A stretch of DNA of 63,957 nt, filler included, from Choristocarpus tenellus KU-1152 (Eukaryota > Protista > Phaeophyceae), in the NCBI GenBank assembly GCA_964200185.2. It is 11 parts of 11 records of this genome, joined end to end, with 100 filler letters (N's around TTAATTAATTAA, not from the genome) between each part and the next. Parts side by side here need not be neighbours in the genome. Positions count along the whole stretch, not along the records: positions 1 to 16,919 come from CAXNAD020000743.1; 10 more parts are not named here. One strand, given 5' to 3'. Position 1 is the stretch's first letter. Each line of letters opens with the position of its first letter. Shown in pieces: positions 1-13,135 of this stretch. Both the position numbers and the translations under genes were made by a program. Below the pieces are notes generated by a model. That model had not been told where the DNA came from. It saw only the letters and a list, made by a program, of their open reading frames with translations, and did no database searches.

Positions 1-84
1 CAACCAAATGACACAAAAATCGTGACATGAAAAAATTGACCCCAAATGGAGAGCCGCCACCCCCCCCCCCAGATACTTTGAGCC
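1..84 (-). mobile_element. Terminus of TIR repeat family B (GGSTCAAAGTATCTGGGGG...)
   Basis: The reverse complement reads ggctcaaagtatctgggggggggg-gtggcggctctccatttggggtcaattttttcatgtcacgatttttgtg, nearly identical to 61252-61322 and similar to 5036-5130 and 60604-60700. Confidence 0.75.
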
Positions 85-245
85 ACAATTGAAATTTATG
101 GCACAACCATAGACCCTACAGCTCCAAATTGGTACCCAGGTTTTGGCCGATTTGCACCTTAAGTCTGTTTTTCAATCATTTGCAATCCACCATATTTCTA
201 TGGATGAAGAGGCTCTACGTTTGACTTGAGAGCGTTTATGTCTCT

Positions 246-502
246 AAGTGAAAGTATCTTTGAGGGTATGGGTTTTGCCCTGTATGTCCGTTTAGGGCTT
301 GGCTCCCCATGGGGTTTTTTACGACATTTTCCTACTCCAAAATGTTTCGGAGTAGGTAAAATGTGTACATTATGAAAAGGTCTGCCAGAACAAGGATATT
401 GACACTCCCTAACAAACACGATAGCCAAAATTATATCAAAATCGCAACATTGGATTTTGAATCCCACATGAACGTGGCTCTACCCCTAAGATACTTTGGC
501 TC
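246..502 (+). mobile_element. ~260-bp MITE family A (Sola-like termini)
   Basis: Inverted ends aagtgaaagtatctttgagggta ... tacccctaagatactttggctc. Internal sequence is shared with 8 other copies. TCTA flanks both sides if the first G was lost. Confidence 0.85.
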
Positions 503-699
503 TCTATTGTTCGAAACTTTTCTGACACAACAAAAAAAATATCCTATATATTTGGAAAAAAATACGGATTTTGAACGGATTTGTCAGCATCCTAAAAATT
601 CAACTCTAGATGCCTCTCTTTTACCTAAACTTACGACATGGAGTTAAAATGCACCCTTTTCGAGACAAGCCTTACAACAGTTCAAGGTATAGAATGAAA

Positions 700-870
700 T
701 GGAGTCTCACACCACCCTACCCTAGACTAAGCATCGATCTTGCACTTGGTGGGGGAGAGTGCCTATTTGCCAACTACTAGGTCGAGACATAAGACGAAAG
801 GTTTCGTGGACTTGCAAAGAAGCAAGCAACGCCTTGGTATCAGTAATCCTATCCTGTGTATGTTTAGGTT
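700..870 (-). mobile_element. Degenerate Ty1/Copia RNase H C-terminus plus possible polypurine tract
   Basis: Minus-strand TQDRITDTKALL resembles the Copia T.DQ.ADILTKAL motif. It is followed by purine-rich tagggtagggtgg and then TGTG, a PPT/LTR-start arrangement. Confidence 0.4.
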
Positions 871-3283
871 TTAGTGGAAAACACACAGGGAGCAAAAGAG
901 AGAGAGGAGAACAGTACACGAGGATGACGTTGAGATAGCCGTGTATCTAGTACAATAATAGGGGTGTATAAAACATTGCAGGCAGCTCTTCTCATGCTCC
1001 TACAACTAGGTTCTCTGGATTCTCATGAAGAGAATCCCCACCCTCCACAACAGTAGCAATAGCAGAACAACCTCCCGACTTTCCTTACCCTACCCCCCTT
1101 CCTCCACCGAGGTTAATAAATGTTTGGGGTAGTCTTGAGGTGGCACCACCACGAGGACGACCCACCTTTGTGTTGATGGGTCGAAGAGGACAATCGCACG
1201 GGAAGTTACAACATGTTCGTAATCCCATAGTGCAGTTTCTGGTGGGATTTTCCAGGCCCTTGTGCAAGACCATGAAGATCTCGTTGGCCCTTGGGAAGCG
1301 GGTATCATTGGTTCTCCTGCTGGTTGCGGCAGCCAACGAGGGTAGTTACGTATGTGTGTAGGCTCAAGAACACAGTGTTGGGGCTTCCACCAAAACCGAG
1401 GTTGTGTTCCAAAGATCAAAGTCTCTTTAGTACCGAGCTTGAAGTTCTTCTCCCATACATCTCACATGCTCGATGCGGTCTCAGTAATCTCCACTGCGCA
1501 AGTATTTCTCTCTCTCTCTCTCCTAATCGACTTTGGAAACCATGTACATCAAGTAAAATTGAAACCGCTGTGATGATGATCTGTTTACTTCAATAATGAA
1601 GATAATTGTATTATTCACAACAATATGTATGATTATGACCTGTCATCATTTGGAGATGTGTGAGGGAAATCGTTTATGGTACACATACATGATTGTGAGG
1701 TTTCAATACTTTGTACCCTTGATGCGTGATAACACATTAAACCTAAATAATTCCAGTCCGCCCATCCATCTATTTGTATATAATTTCGTACAACGTATGA
1801 AGTACTACATTTATATATTTTCATTGGTTTTTCTTCAGACACATCTGAAAAATGTCAGAGGGCATAGAAATAAAAATATATAGAACCAAGTCATTCTTTC
1901 CATCCGTTTGTATCTGTACGCACTTCCTGATATGTTGTCATTATAAATACAATAGTACATCGTGTTGATGCTTTGTCGTAGATGCTTGAGGAGGTAGAAT
2001 ATATTGCTGTATACTACAGAGTATGTAGATACGGTTCAACCCTCCCAGGCCAACCCAGGACGCCAATAGGCTGACCGGACATGATACAGGGAGACGGCGA
2101 GACGGGTTTAACATGTGAGATCACCCGCCTCCTCAACCAAGTTTGCTTCAATTCCTTCCGCTCGTAACTAGCAAACCTCCCTGCAAACCCCAGACCTGGA
2201 TGGGGGTTTTGTACAACGGCTTTATTTAGCTTGACACAGCAGCCAGTGTGAGTAAGGGATCAACGCTTGGGCAACCACCCAACCTCTTGAGTCAGCACAA
2301 CACAAACCTTCCCCAGAATTTCGCCTGGTGGTGAACCAATCATTAGAGATAGAGGAGAAATTATCCAATGATGACAACCCGGTGGATGGGTGTAGGAGAC
2401 AAGGGGTAGACACTATTAATGCTCGCACATGCCCCAGTCAGGTCTGGAGGACATGTCTGGCACTACTCATTGAGACTATTTTCTATATCGTTTCGTCTAT
2501 TGCCTAGAATATATTTTCCTGGTGCGCACAATGATAGACAATGAGTTGTGTGACTTAGGGTTACGTTATCCTTGGTGTGAGCCAGTATAAGTATTATTAA
2601 AGAGTATAATCTGTGGGCTAACGTCGTCGAGAGTTTGTGCTTAGAGATTTAGGGACCCTACTCAAATATTTGGTTCATGGCAAACCTGGAAAATCAACAC
2701 AACACAAACATATCAGCTTGCGTTTCAACACACCAACTGATTGTATTATGATAACTGGTTTTGAATCATTAAGCCATGGCAAAGTTGTTTGGGTGTTAGC
2801 AATTCACGTCAGCGAAAATTGAAGCATCACCAGAACATTTGGAGTTATTGTTGGTTGTGACAGGGCGGCAAGGGTTCTATTTAATCCCCAACTGACATTC
2901 TACAGGTAGCTTCGAATGAAAAGAGTCAAACCAAGTGAGAGGTAGGCATGGTTGCATTTTAAGGTTCCTGTGAAAGGGCAAAAATATGTTATTTTGTCCA
3001 GAGCCTTGGCTGAATTTTGGTGTCACTTTGTGTGTTGAAAGGGTGACACAGATTTAACGTAAACTATCGTGCACAGGCAAATAACAGAATTAGAGTGTAT
3101 TGCGCGGGTTAAGAAAGATGCCTTAAAATGAAAACGGGTCCAATCCTACCTACCTCTCAACCAAAGTGGAAGGCTGCACAAGGTCATTCTAGAATATGGA
3201 TAATAGGTTTAAGAGATTGCTCGACCCAATATATAATAAACCAAGGAAAAAGCGTGAACTTCAGAAGTATAAATGAGTACAAT

Positions 3284-3553
3284 GAGCCAAAGTATCTTAG
3301 AGGGTACAGTCGCGTCCATTTGGGGACCAAAATCCGATGATGCAATTTTGATGTAATTTTGATGTAATTTTGACTATATATTTGTTAGGAGATTTTAATA
3401 TCCTTGTCTGGACACTCTTTTTCATGATGTATACATTTTACCTACTCCGAAAATTTTTGGAGTAGATAAAAAATGTCAATAAAAACCCATGGGAAGTCAA
3501 GCCACACATGGACAAACAGGACAAAATTCGTACCCTCTAAGATACTTTCAGTC
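3284..3553 (-). mobile_element. MITE family A, full length, CAAT TSD
   Basis: caat|gagccaaagtatcttagagggta ... taccctctaagatactttcagtc|caat. Confidence 0.9.
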
Positions 3554-5035
3554 CAATATAATATACCAGTAGTCCCTAAACACTCGATCTAGTCCTTTCT
3601 AGACCTCTATGATCCTGTTAAGTCGAAAAACAATACAAAAATAGTGTGTAGTAGTACTGTACACTCTACATGATATTAATCACATTCGCGCATGCACAAA
3701 AGACTTTGGGGATCGTGAAGAGACCACAATCAGTTCATTTATCTGTATATCCACATTATCGTTCTCCTTCCCTCTCCCCCTCACCATCCTCACAATTGTC
3801 CTCCATGTTTGATCATTCAGGTTGAAGGGAGAATCCAGGTCGCTATCTCTCTTTCCAGGCAATATTCAACCTGCACAAACTTGGGGTAGCTGGTTGAAAA
3901 TCTTGGACAACCACATAGACAGACATACACGCATTGGATGTGGTCTCATCTTTTTCAAAAACTCAAATAGTAATCCACCCATGACTGAAAAGGACCTGAC
4001 AGTAGTGTACTGATTCTATGTAGAATCCTCTACCTCTTTTCAGAACAATACAGTCATCCTCTTTTTTGGTGCCATGAAGAAAAAGTGGGGATCTGTGGTG
4101 GCACCCGCTTGAAACTGAACAAAATCGGTTATACGATTGCCTTGAGAAAAGCGCACATGGGTGGGATGCGATGAGAGTAAACCTCGTTTTTCCCTTCACC
4201 TCATAAATATGTGAACAAAAAGTTTCCCTGAAGTAATTTCACCTACTAAGCAAATCATCACAACATCAATCACATCATGCTTTCTGTATCAAGGATGGAT
4301 GTGGTTATTATTATCTGTATGTTATAGAGCATATCGGTCAATCAGGGCTCGAAACTGGTGCAAAATGCAAACCAATGAGAGGTCAAGAGATGACTGAGCT
4401 CAGCGTAAAGATCGTCCATCTTCATTCTCTCTTTATGGTAGTCACTGTTTTAATGACATTGTAACACAAAATATCATGTACCTCCTCTGCTCCAAACATG
4501 AAGACGTAAGACAATCAGGAATAGAACACCAGTGAATACCAGGGTTGTATACTGTGGGAACTATTGAGGGGTGGGCGAGGCCAAACATCAAGTTCAGCCT
4601 ATTGCCTATGGGCAACATAGTCGCTAATATTACATCAAACGTATGTGTGAGTAAATCGTGCTTTGCATGCTCTATCCTCCTACCCTTCATTCTTACTACA
4701 AAGTATGATGTGGCTATGAAAGAAAAGAAAAAGTATTAAGTTTCTGGGCTGTGAAATGCGCACAGCTTATTATGGAGGATTAGAGCAATACACTTCAACC
4801 ACAGGGGAGGTAGAAATGCCATCCTTGCCACTTCCCTCTTATCTAAGTAGTGAACACCTATCGCAATCAACCTGATGAAGTGTTGCTTCAACTTCCTCTT
4901 ACCCACCTCCCCCTTCCACATACAGCAACACTTTTTGAAACACTGTGTTAAAATTTGTCATGTCATGTAATGTTTGTTGTCGGACAGTAAGATTCTCACA
5001 CTCTGCCGCATGACTGAACTATAGAGACTCCTCAT

Positions 5036-5130
5036 GGCTCAAAGTATCTGGGTTGGGGGTGGTGACTGTCCCTTTGGGGCCCATTTTTCCATGTCGCGAT
5101 TTTTGGGTGATTTGGTTGCATGCATCAGAT
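5036..5130 (+). mobile_element. Terminus of TIR repeat family B
   Basis: ggctcaaagtatctgggttgggggtggtgactgtccctttgggg...ccatgtcgcgatttttgggtgatttggttgcatgc, matching 60604-60700. Confidence 0.7.
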
Positions 5131-6355
5131 GGATCTTGTAAGTGCACTTTTCCTGCGCTTTTCTCAATTAAGTTCTCATGTTGAAATCATCTGGCAGGGC
5201 CAACTTGACCATATCATGACAATGACCACCTCTTCACAGCACAGAACCATATCACCAGCAAGAAGGAAATGGCATGCAGGAAGAGTAGAGCTCTATGTGA
5301 TGTGTGTGGCAGAAAGGCAGGGTATCCTAATTCCTACTTCCAGCAAAGTGAAGTTTGACTTTGACAGCGGCCCAAACAGAGAGTTCCAAATTGTTGTGGA
5401 GGCATCAGAGACTTAAGTTTTTGTCGTGGAGGTAAAAAAAATAAAAAAAATAGTATATTGCAAGGGATACAACAAGCTCGATAACACTGAGCAGAACACT
5501 TTTGTTTCTTTGGGTTTTTTGTACCTTGAAGTCGTAAAGTAGTGAAGATGTGTTGGTTTTATTGGTTTTGTTGCCCGTGTTCTCTTTTGTACCGTTTCTA
5601 GTGACACTTCGAAAATTCTGAACCATGCAAATTATTACTTTTTGCTCCTAATCACATCTGTATCAATCACGACAAATCCATCTTCCCTCTTCACTTATAC
5701 TATCCCTCAATCACATACTCTTTGGTCTTCGTTGAGCAAAACATGAGCAATAATCGGTCTCAGATATTTCGAGAGATCACGTTTCTGATGATGGAAAAGA
5801 GCACAGGAAAGAGTGTAAGTAGTGAGTCAAAACTTCGTGCCTATGAGACCCCTTTGCCTCGTAGTGCTATGTGCGGGTCAGTGGTCAGCATTGACAATTG
5901 AATTGGATTGGATTGATTATGATACCTTACACTTAGAAATATTCAATTTCATTTTAACCATAACTTCACATGGTTAACATAAAAAACGAAAACCTAGAAA
6001 TGGGTAGCCCACATAGAAGCGGATTTGCCATCATCATCTCCAACAGGGTGATGACAAAATCAGATATCAACACAGAGCAAGAGATCAACACATAGATAGG
6101 TTCCTGGTTGAGGAGGGTTGAAGGTTGAAGTCAGGGTTGTGGTTTTGAAACAGATGCCGATAGTGAGTCCTACATTGACGAATGGATGTATCTTAATGCG
6201 GCACCTCTTTTGCGAAATAATTGGGTGGGTTCATGGGCTCACAGGACAGGGCCAAATGTGCTAGTAGACGATTTAATTGAGTGGAGATGTGTTGCAATGG
6301 TGAAGCTGTAGGCGTGGTCGTCGTATCCTCACATGTGCTAAGGACGTAGCGAGGG

Positions 6356-9300
6356 TCATTGATGAGCTTGACGATCTTCTGCACTTGGTTGTGGCTTGTG
6401 CAGGTTGATCGTGACAAGTGGTAAATATCCCTCCAGAAGTCCAACACTCGACACATATAATTCATTTAAATAATTTTGTTCAACTGATGTGTAATAATCG
6501 CGGTTTACAACACTAAAACTAGTGTTTGGGGTTTCCTTCGACACACCTGAGGAATGTCAAACCACAACAATATATTGCACATAATAATTCCGTCAGGCAA
6601 AAAAGTTGAGTCTGCTGCACTAAAATGATATTGCATATATTACCATAACTCACTCGATCACACAAGCAGCAACCACAAACATAATCACAACAACAAAAAA
6701 TGTATTTACCCTTACCCACAACTATTTGATGTACAAAAAGAAGAAAACACAGATACAACAACCAACTTGGAAGGCATGTTGATAACGGATGCACCTGCTG
6801 TTGACCTCTTCTCTGACCCTGAAGATCCAGTCATCATTAGCTGGAGAAAGTCATACAACCTGTGAACAATGCTGTGAAATAAACCATGCACAAGACCTTG
6901 CTACAGATTTATTTCCTTTGAGACTTATTTCAAACATCAAGTAGTACTCAAACATAGGGGACAGTTTCTTCAGAATCCACAAGCCATTGCTTTTCAGCAT
7001 CACCGAGCTGTATGGCAAAGACATATATTCCCATCAAAGCCCAACAAGAATGGACAAATCAACTAGCCTTGCCATCCCTTGCAACACAAAACATATACTA
7101 ACCTCGACAAAGAGAGCAGAATATACATCCAGAGAGACAAATTTCACATAAAAGTTGGTTGAGATTTGACAATCCTGCTATTACTACCACTGCGTGTGTT
7201 GCCTCAACACCATCACCCTTAAAAAAAAAAATGACACAAACGATGACCAGGGATTCATATTTTCAACACAAATCGAAAGAGCAAATTCTCCTGTACATTA
7301 CTGCAAAATAAAAGCCTACTCTGTGCTTTGAGCAGTTACTCACAAGGTTGTCGTTTTGTCACAGGATCTGCTCCCTCTCAAACTTTCCTTAGCCTTTTGA
7401 TCAACACAATGAAATCTACTGTGGCATTAGTACTGCACCATGGTTCCTGGATGAGAAACCCATGGACACAACAGTCAAAGACACATCTATAATATCTTTC
7501 CATTCTCACCACAAACCCTACCTACTTATGGGTGCCTTTCCCTCTTTTACTCTTTCAAGCAGTATACTGTACACATCCTCAAGGGCAGTAAGATGTGGTC
7601 AAGAGATACCCCACTCATGGTTAAGTCACATTTAATATCCACCCAAGCCTTCATCCCATCTTCCACACTACCAAACTTACTATACGTCAGTGAAACACCA
7701 TAGTCAAAAGAGGAGTTTTCAATCAGTATGCAGTAGCATCTGTCAAGGCTCTTGATCAAAAGGTAAAAGAGTCAAGATCGCCTATAATTGGAGCCTCTCA
7801 GGGTAAGTCCACTTTACCTCTCTTGTGGAGAAGTAACTATGTTACAAGAAACTGTGACCCTGCTCAGGGTGACCTTGAGCTTCCTTATCGCCGACCTGCT
7901 TGTTCAAACCGAGTTTAAGCACCAATCAGTTCACAGGACACATCGGTAGGCATCACAATTCACCAAAGGGCATTTCCAAACAAATAAGTCCAGGTGATAA
8001 GAGCACAACTTGGGCAAGACACATCGCTTTACCTTCTTAGATGCGAACCATGTATCATGAAGTAGAAAGCCCTCCTAGAATCTGACCTTTAAGGTACCAC
8101 CATTTCACAATCTCAGTACTTCTCCCAGGTCAGTCAACCCGTAACAAAACTGAGAACAAGAATGACGGCAGCCACTTCAGTCTTCCCAAATTGTTCACAG
8201 CAGGAGGGGGAATGATTGGATGAGTTCAACTCACTTGAGGAATGGGGGCACGGTAGTTGAGCAATCGTATGGAAACAAGAGTAGGCGCTCAGGCTTCCCA
8301 TTGATAGTTCCAAGAGCATTGTGGCGCACAAATCCTGCTGCAACAAGGACCTGCAGAAGTATAAAACAAGATGTAGAAAGGGTTGGCACAAAAGGTAGTG
8401 ACAGTTTACCCTTTTTTTTTGCGAGTGTGTGCAAAAACAAATTAAAAAAAACTCCAACCCTTTGTGAAAAAGTGGAATTGAGTTCTATGTCACCGAAATC
8501 AAAAACCTTGTTGTCCTATCTTTGCCATCAACCTCACCTCTAGCAATTGTTCCAAAAACAAAACAGCTTTCAACTTGTTGGAAATATAGCACTTCTGAGG
8601 TCTGCAGAAGAAAAAGTTGTCTACAAACAACATTCCTTTTCATTATATAATATTTTAGTGTATCAAAAGTGTCATCATTTGTTTCTTGACAAATTCGTAC
8701 AGGTCACGCAATTACCAAGCTGTATGGAACGAGATTTGATTTTTCAGCAACTCAGAAAGGAGAATTAGGATGTTTTCTGAGGCTTTCTCACTCTTGTGGC
8801 CACCCTTGAGGGTCCCCCCCCCCCTTTCCTTCTGCTCCTGATGAAGCCATTGTTCCACAGTGCTATTAGCAGTATTGGTGGTTAAAAGAAGTATATTTCC
8901 TTCACGCTAACATCCTCCATTTTCTATCGTAGCAAGTTAAAGATAGCTTGAGACTTCCCCTACTTACTTACATATCAGGTGAACAAATGACTTGAATGTT
9001 GGGCTTCTGGACTGTTTTTTCCTGTTTACTGCTCTTGACCTGTCCACCCTACAATAAACTACAGAAGATCATCCAGTTCAACGACCCTGCATCACCCACA
9101 CATGCTGTGAAGACCACCCAACTACCTCAGCAATGCAATTTACCCTTCAGACAATCACATGTTCTAAACACAACTTCAACCTGATATTCCAAACATCCAG
9201 GTGCATAAACTCAATCAAATATTTCACATAGATATATTAAGTAGGTACTACATTCAGGTATGTCCCTCAATATATATAGAGAACTTCACATACTTCTCTG

Positions 9301-9868
9301 ATTCATAACCTAAACACTCATCACTCATCACACAACTTTCAACTCCTCCACCCTACTCTCTTCAAAGACTTTGCACTGGTGTCTGATTTTGATCCCCTCT
9401 AGAGATGAGACACCCAACTCAAGGTGGAATGTCAACCACTTCCACTTTATGTCCATCTGAACACAACCTTTTGATGGCCCCAAAGCCACAGAGCCCAATA
9501 TTTAGAACCACACAAATCGACTTCTTACAAATTGTTGTCTTCCAGCATATTAGTTATGATCCCTTGCAAGATGTGTCAGAGAGCTTGCATCTCTGAGGGA
9601 GAAGAGGTACACCTGGAAAAGGAACTACACCAACTATATTAACGAACATGCTAAGATGAGCCAATAGGAACCCTTGTCCTGCAACCTCCCCCAAAGAACT
9701 GATCACACAAACCTCATCAGCCCCTGTGAGGCCACTGAAGGCCTTTGTGTACACTTCACCCTCCACACACACCCTTGATGCCAGATTCTTGTTTGGGTAC
9801 TCAACCAGGGCAGTGATCACTCTTAGTAGTTGCCTCAGAGCTTCTTTCTTCTTTTCCACATTGCAGTC
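6356..9868 (-). CDS. PUB-domain-like protein, 3' exons only (9868-9713, 8350-8235, 6859-6795, 6546-6356)
   Basis: Four GT-AG-bounded exons join in frame: KKKEALRQLLRVITALVEYPNKNLASRVCVEGEVYTKAFSGLTGADE|VLVAAGFVRH...PFLK|LYDFLQLMM...STA|GVSKETPN...AHQ*. The AL..LL.VI..L.EYP...GA.EVL.AAGF pattern matches the PUB (p97-binding) domain. Upstream exons were not identified. Confidence 0.6.
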
Positions 9869-12061
9869 CTAGAAAAAAAAAATACATAGAGAGAGATAGA
9901 GATAGAGATAGAGAGAGAGAGAGAGAGCACCTGAAAAACAAGGCAACATTTGTGTTTGGTGCATCAGACAGAACAATCTTTCCCCAACCAGTTCATGTCG
10001 GAAAGCGAGAATGTGTTTGTATGGATGGCAACAAAAAGAGGAGCGAGAACCACCATAGGCTGCAAAAATATGAAAACAAATCAACAAGGAAACACACATA
10101 TTTGAATCACAAAGGTTGTGGGCTTCAGTGCTGACAACAATATTCAGACCGAGATCAAAGAGAGGAACATGAACATAGTTACACGTAGATAGTTACATTA
10201 AAAAAAATGTACATAAAAACTGTACATACAGGAAAAAAAAAGAGCAAAGCATCAATACTCAATGGATGTGCCGCTTCTTGCAATGATCTGCTTTGAGAAA
10301 GTGATTTAACTGGGTTTCCGAGAGTAGGGTGGTACAAGGGAGATAAATTGTACAGGATGTTCAAAACAAAGACCCATACAAATGTACATTTCAAATGGCA
10401 AAGGTACACCCCAATAAGTCACGTTGACGTGTCATCTGGCAATCCATTTGCCATGGTAGTGCCCTTGTTCAAGAAAGGCACTGCACAAATACTTGCACTA
10501 CATACTTTTTTTAAAGTACAAAAACAATGTAAATAAATCACAATTATTTCAACTAAAGGTCCTCAATGTTTCCAATAAAAATAATTAAGCTACTACTACT
10601 CTGATCGAGGGGCGTGAAACACCTGGTAAAAATTAACACATCAAGTGGATGTGTTTTCAAATTAACCTTTGAACTCCATCTAAGTTCTCACTACAAAATA
10701 AATGGTGTTAGTTACAAGTTTGGCTAATCCAGCTCCCTCAATACACTAACAAAAAATCGATCAAACCTATCCATACGCATTGACATTTCAACCTTAGCGC
10801 ATCAAGAACAGTTAAAAAAAATAAGTGTCCAGGTGGCACACCTCCCAATTAATTGAAGCAGCAACAAAGTTCAAACTATCCCTGTGCACCCTGAAGCAGA
10901 ATGATACTACTGTTGTTAGCTGACTGAAAAAATAGTCTTGAGTACGCTGGCGTTCAGGACATAAAAAAATGACCCCGCTCTGTCTTACTGTCATCTGAAT
11001 CTCATGAAACTGCCAAAATGACAGGGGTTTTTTTCCCCCCCAATTGAAAAAAAAAATGGGAAGTAAGGAGAAGATCATTGTTGGGGTTCAACCTGCACAC
11101 AGAACTACGCGGACAAACTTCATTTCTCCCGACCTCTCCCCATCATCAATGCTCAGGGCAACTTTTGTAGGACCATCACATGTGGACCAATGTCTTCCAA
11201 GAAAGGTTGGTCTTCAGATCATTCTTGGAACAGAACTACTGCGAACAGCACGCTTTGATAGGACCATGGTAGATCAGCATCTTCATTGTGTTTGTTTCTT
11301 GGTACCCACTACACTACAGTACTGGCAATGAACTCTCAAGTTCAAGCAACACCAGGAAGGACAATCAAGCATATATTGATCGATGGAGGTTGAAACTCAG
11401 CAGGAGTGAACAGTGGGGGGAAGCAGGATCGGACACTAGCAAGGAACGTCACGCTGAAGCAATGCATGAGGAAGTTCCTGCACCAATGGTCTCGCCGCAG
11501 TGAACACACTGGCGTCATCATCAAATCTCAGTCACAGAGCCAAGCCCTAACCCTTTAGTAATTGAGAAAATCTGCATGGGAGGGATATTTCTGTTGTAGG
11601 AATCTTCGCTGATAAGTCGAGTGATGGGTCCACCTTCTCTCATGCTGCCACCTCTTATCACAACAATGCCCTACAAACAGCTGCAGAGGCTTGACTGTAT
11701 CCACACCAAGCTTACGCTAAGCAAGGAACATCACCCTAGTTAGAAGAAGCAAAGTGAAACACCCTCAGTTCTGGGGTGTTTCAGTTGGAGTGTATCCATT
11801 GTATTGCATGGCACACACCCAACGAAGCATGAGCGGTTGTGCACACTTTTGTGCCAAGGCTGAGGAAGTTGAGAAGATCTTGCACAAAATCAACAGGTAC
11901 ACACTGATCAAGAACATAGACCATGACCGATATGTAGTCCATAGTGTCTTGGGACCATGTTTCCTTATTGCTTCCTTCACGGAAATCTGGGGTACCCATT
12001 TGTGGGCTACAATCAGGCGGTGCTTGGTCATTTCGGAGTCTGAAACTATGACCAAAACCAT

Positions 12062-12200
12062 TTAAGAGGGTAGGGCCTCATCCTTTTGGGGTCATAAATC
12101 CAATGTTGCAATTTTGACAAATTTTGGCTATCGTGTTTGTTAGCAAGTGTCAATATCCTTGCTCTAGACACACCTTTCATAGTCGTATACATTTTACTTA
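12062..12200 (-). mobile_element. MITE family A, partial copy
   Basis: aatccaatgttgcaattttg...ttttggctatcgtgtttgttagcaagtgtcaatatccttg matches the family A interior. Confidence 0.75.
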
Positions 12201-12984
12201 CACAGAAAAAGCAGGAAAAAGAGGCAAGAAAAATACTCCAAAGGACAAAAAACTATACTACGCCTGATCGATACACTCCCATGATACACTCCCATTTCTT
12301 TGACAAAACGATTGTAGCTTTACACAGTGAGGCTGCATACAACATCTCTTTATCTACAATATCCCGAATGGAGTTTCAGTTGAGCACCACACGCTCTTGT
12401 GACTTTACCCTCTGTCACTGCACCCCCATTAACTGGCATCAATAAACTATACAAAACACAACTGATTGAAGAAACAGGTGCCATCAAATCCTATCGTCCT
12501 GCACTACAATCCCAACTGAAACATCAACAGATATGATTCCGAAAATATGGGAGAAACAGAAAAAAACACCAGGATTCCTTTCTTGACCATGACCACACCG
12601 AAGTATGTCCCAAATTATTTTATTTTTTTTAACATTTAACTACATGGAAATAATAATAAATAAATAATACTTGGCGGAAGGGTCGGAACAACGCAAATCA
12701 CAACAATCACTTGACAACCAAAATAAATAATCCTCCTGCCCATTTTTTTTTTTCATGTTTTGCGATCAGTTTTGATCAAACCAAACCAAGTCTAGGGATG
12801 CAACAAACTTTCCCAACTTCTCTCGTCCGCCAAAAAAGAATGGTTTGAAGTTGTCGCTCTCAAGCACAGAGCTAACTTGGTTTCACTCACTAAATCGCAT
12901 GCCCATACCCATGCCCACAACACTTGCCACTCTGGAGCTTGCAGCACGGACTGTGTATTCTGCAGTATTTTCCAATGATCTACG

Positions 12985-13135
12985 CCAAAAGATTATCCAA
13001 ACTGGAGTACTTGTTATTATTATTTTCGATGCTGGAGTAAGAAAAAGATTTAANNNNNNNNNNGTTAGAATTTTAGATAACAGAAAGGAAAAGACCACTT
13101 TTACGATTGTCGATGCTCAGAGCGTAAAAAATATG
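12985..13135 (+). mobile_element. Bacterial-type IS5 family (IS1031-like group) transposase fragment spanning a 10-N gap
   Basis: Left of the gap: PKDYPNWSTCYYYFRCWSKK (IS5 LP.DFP.W.TVY.YFR.W motif). Right of the gap: VRILDNRKEKTTFTIVDAQSVKNM (the IS5 first catalytic Asp motif, I/VD(A/S)QSVK). Confidence 0.75.

Noticed and set aside
198-647. Similar short ORFs (MGFKIQCCDFD..., KHFGVGKC...) recurring at 28728, 44841, 50523 and 53790, like a small gene family
   Set aside because: They are chance translations of MITE family A; frames and stops are not conserved between copies.
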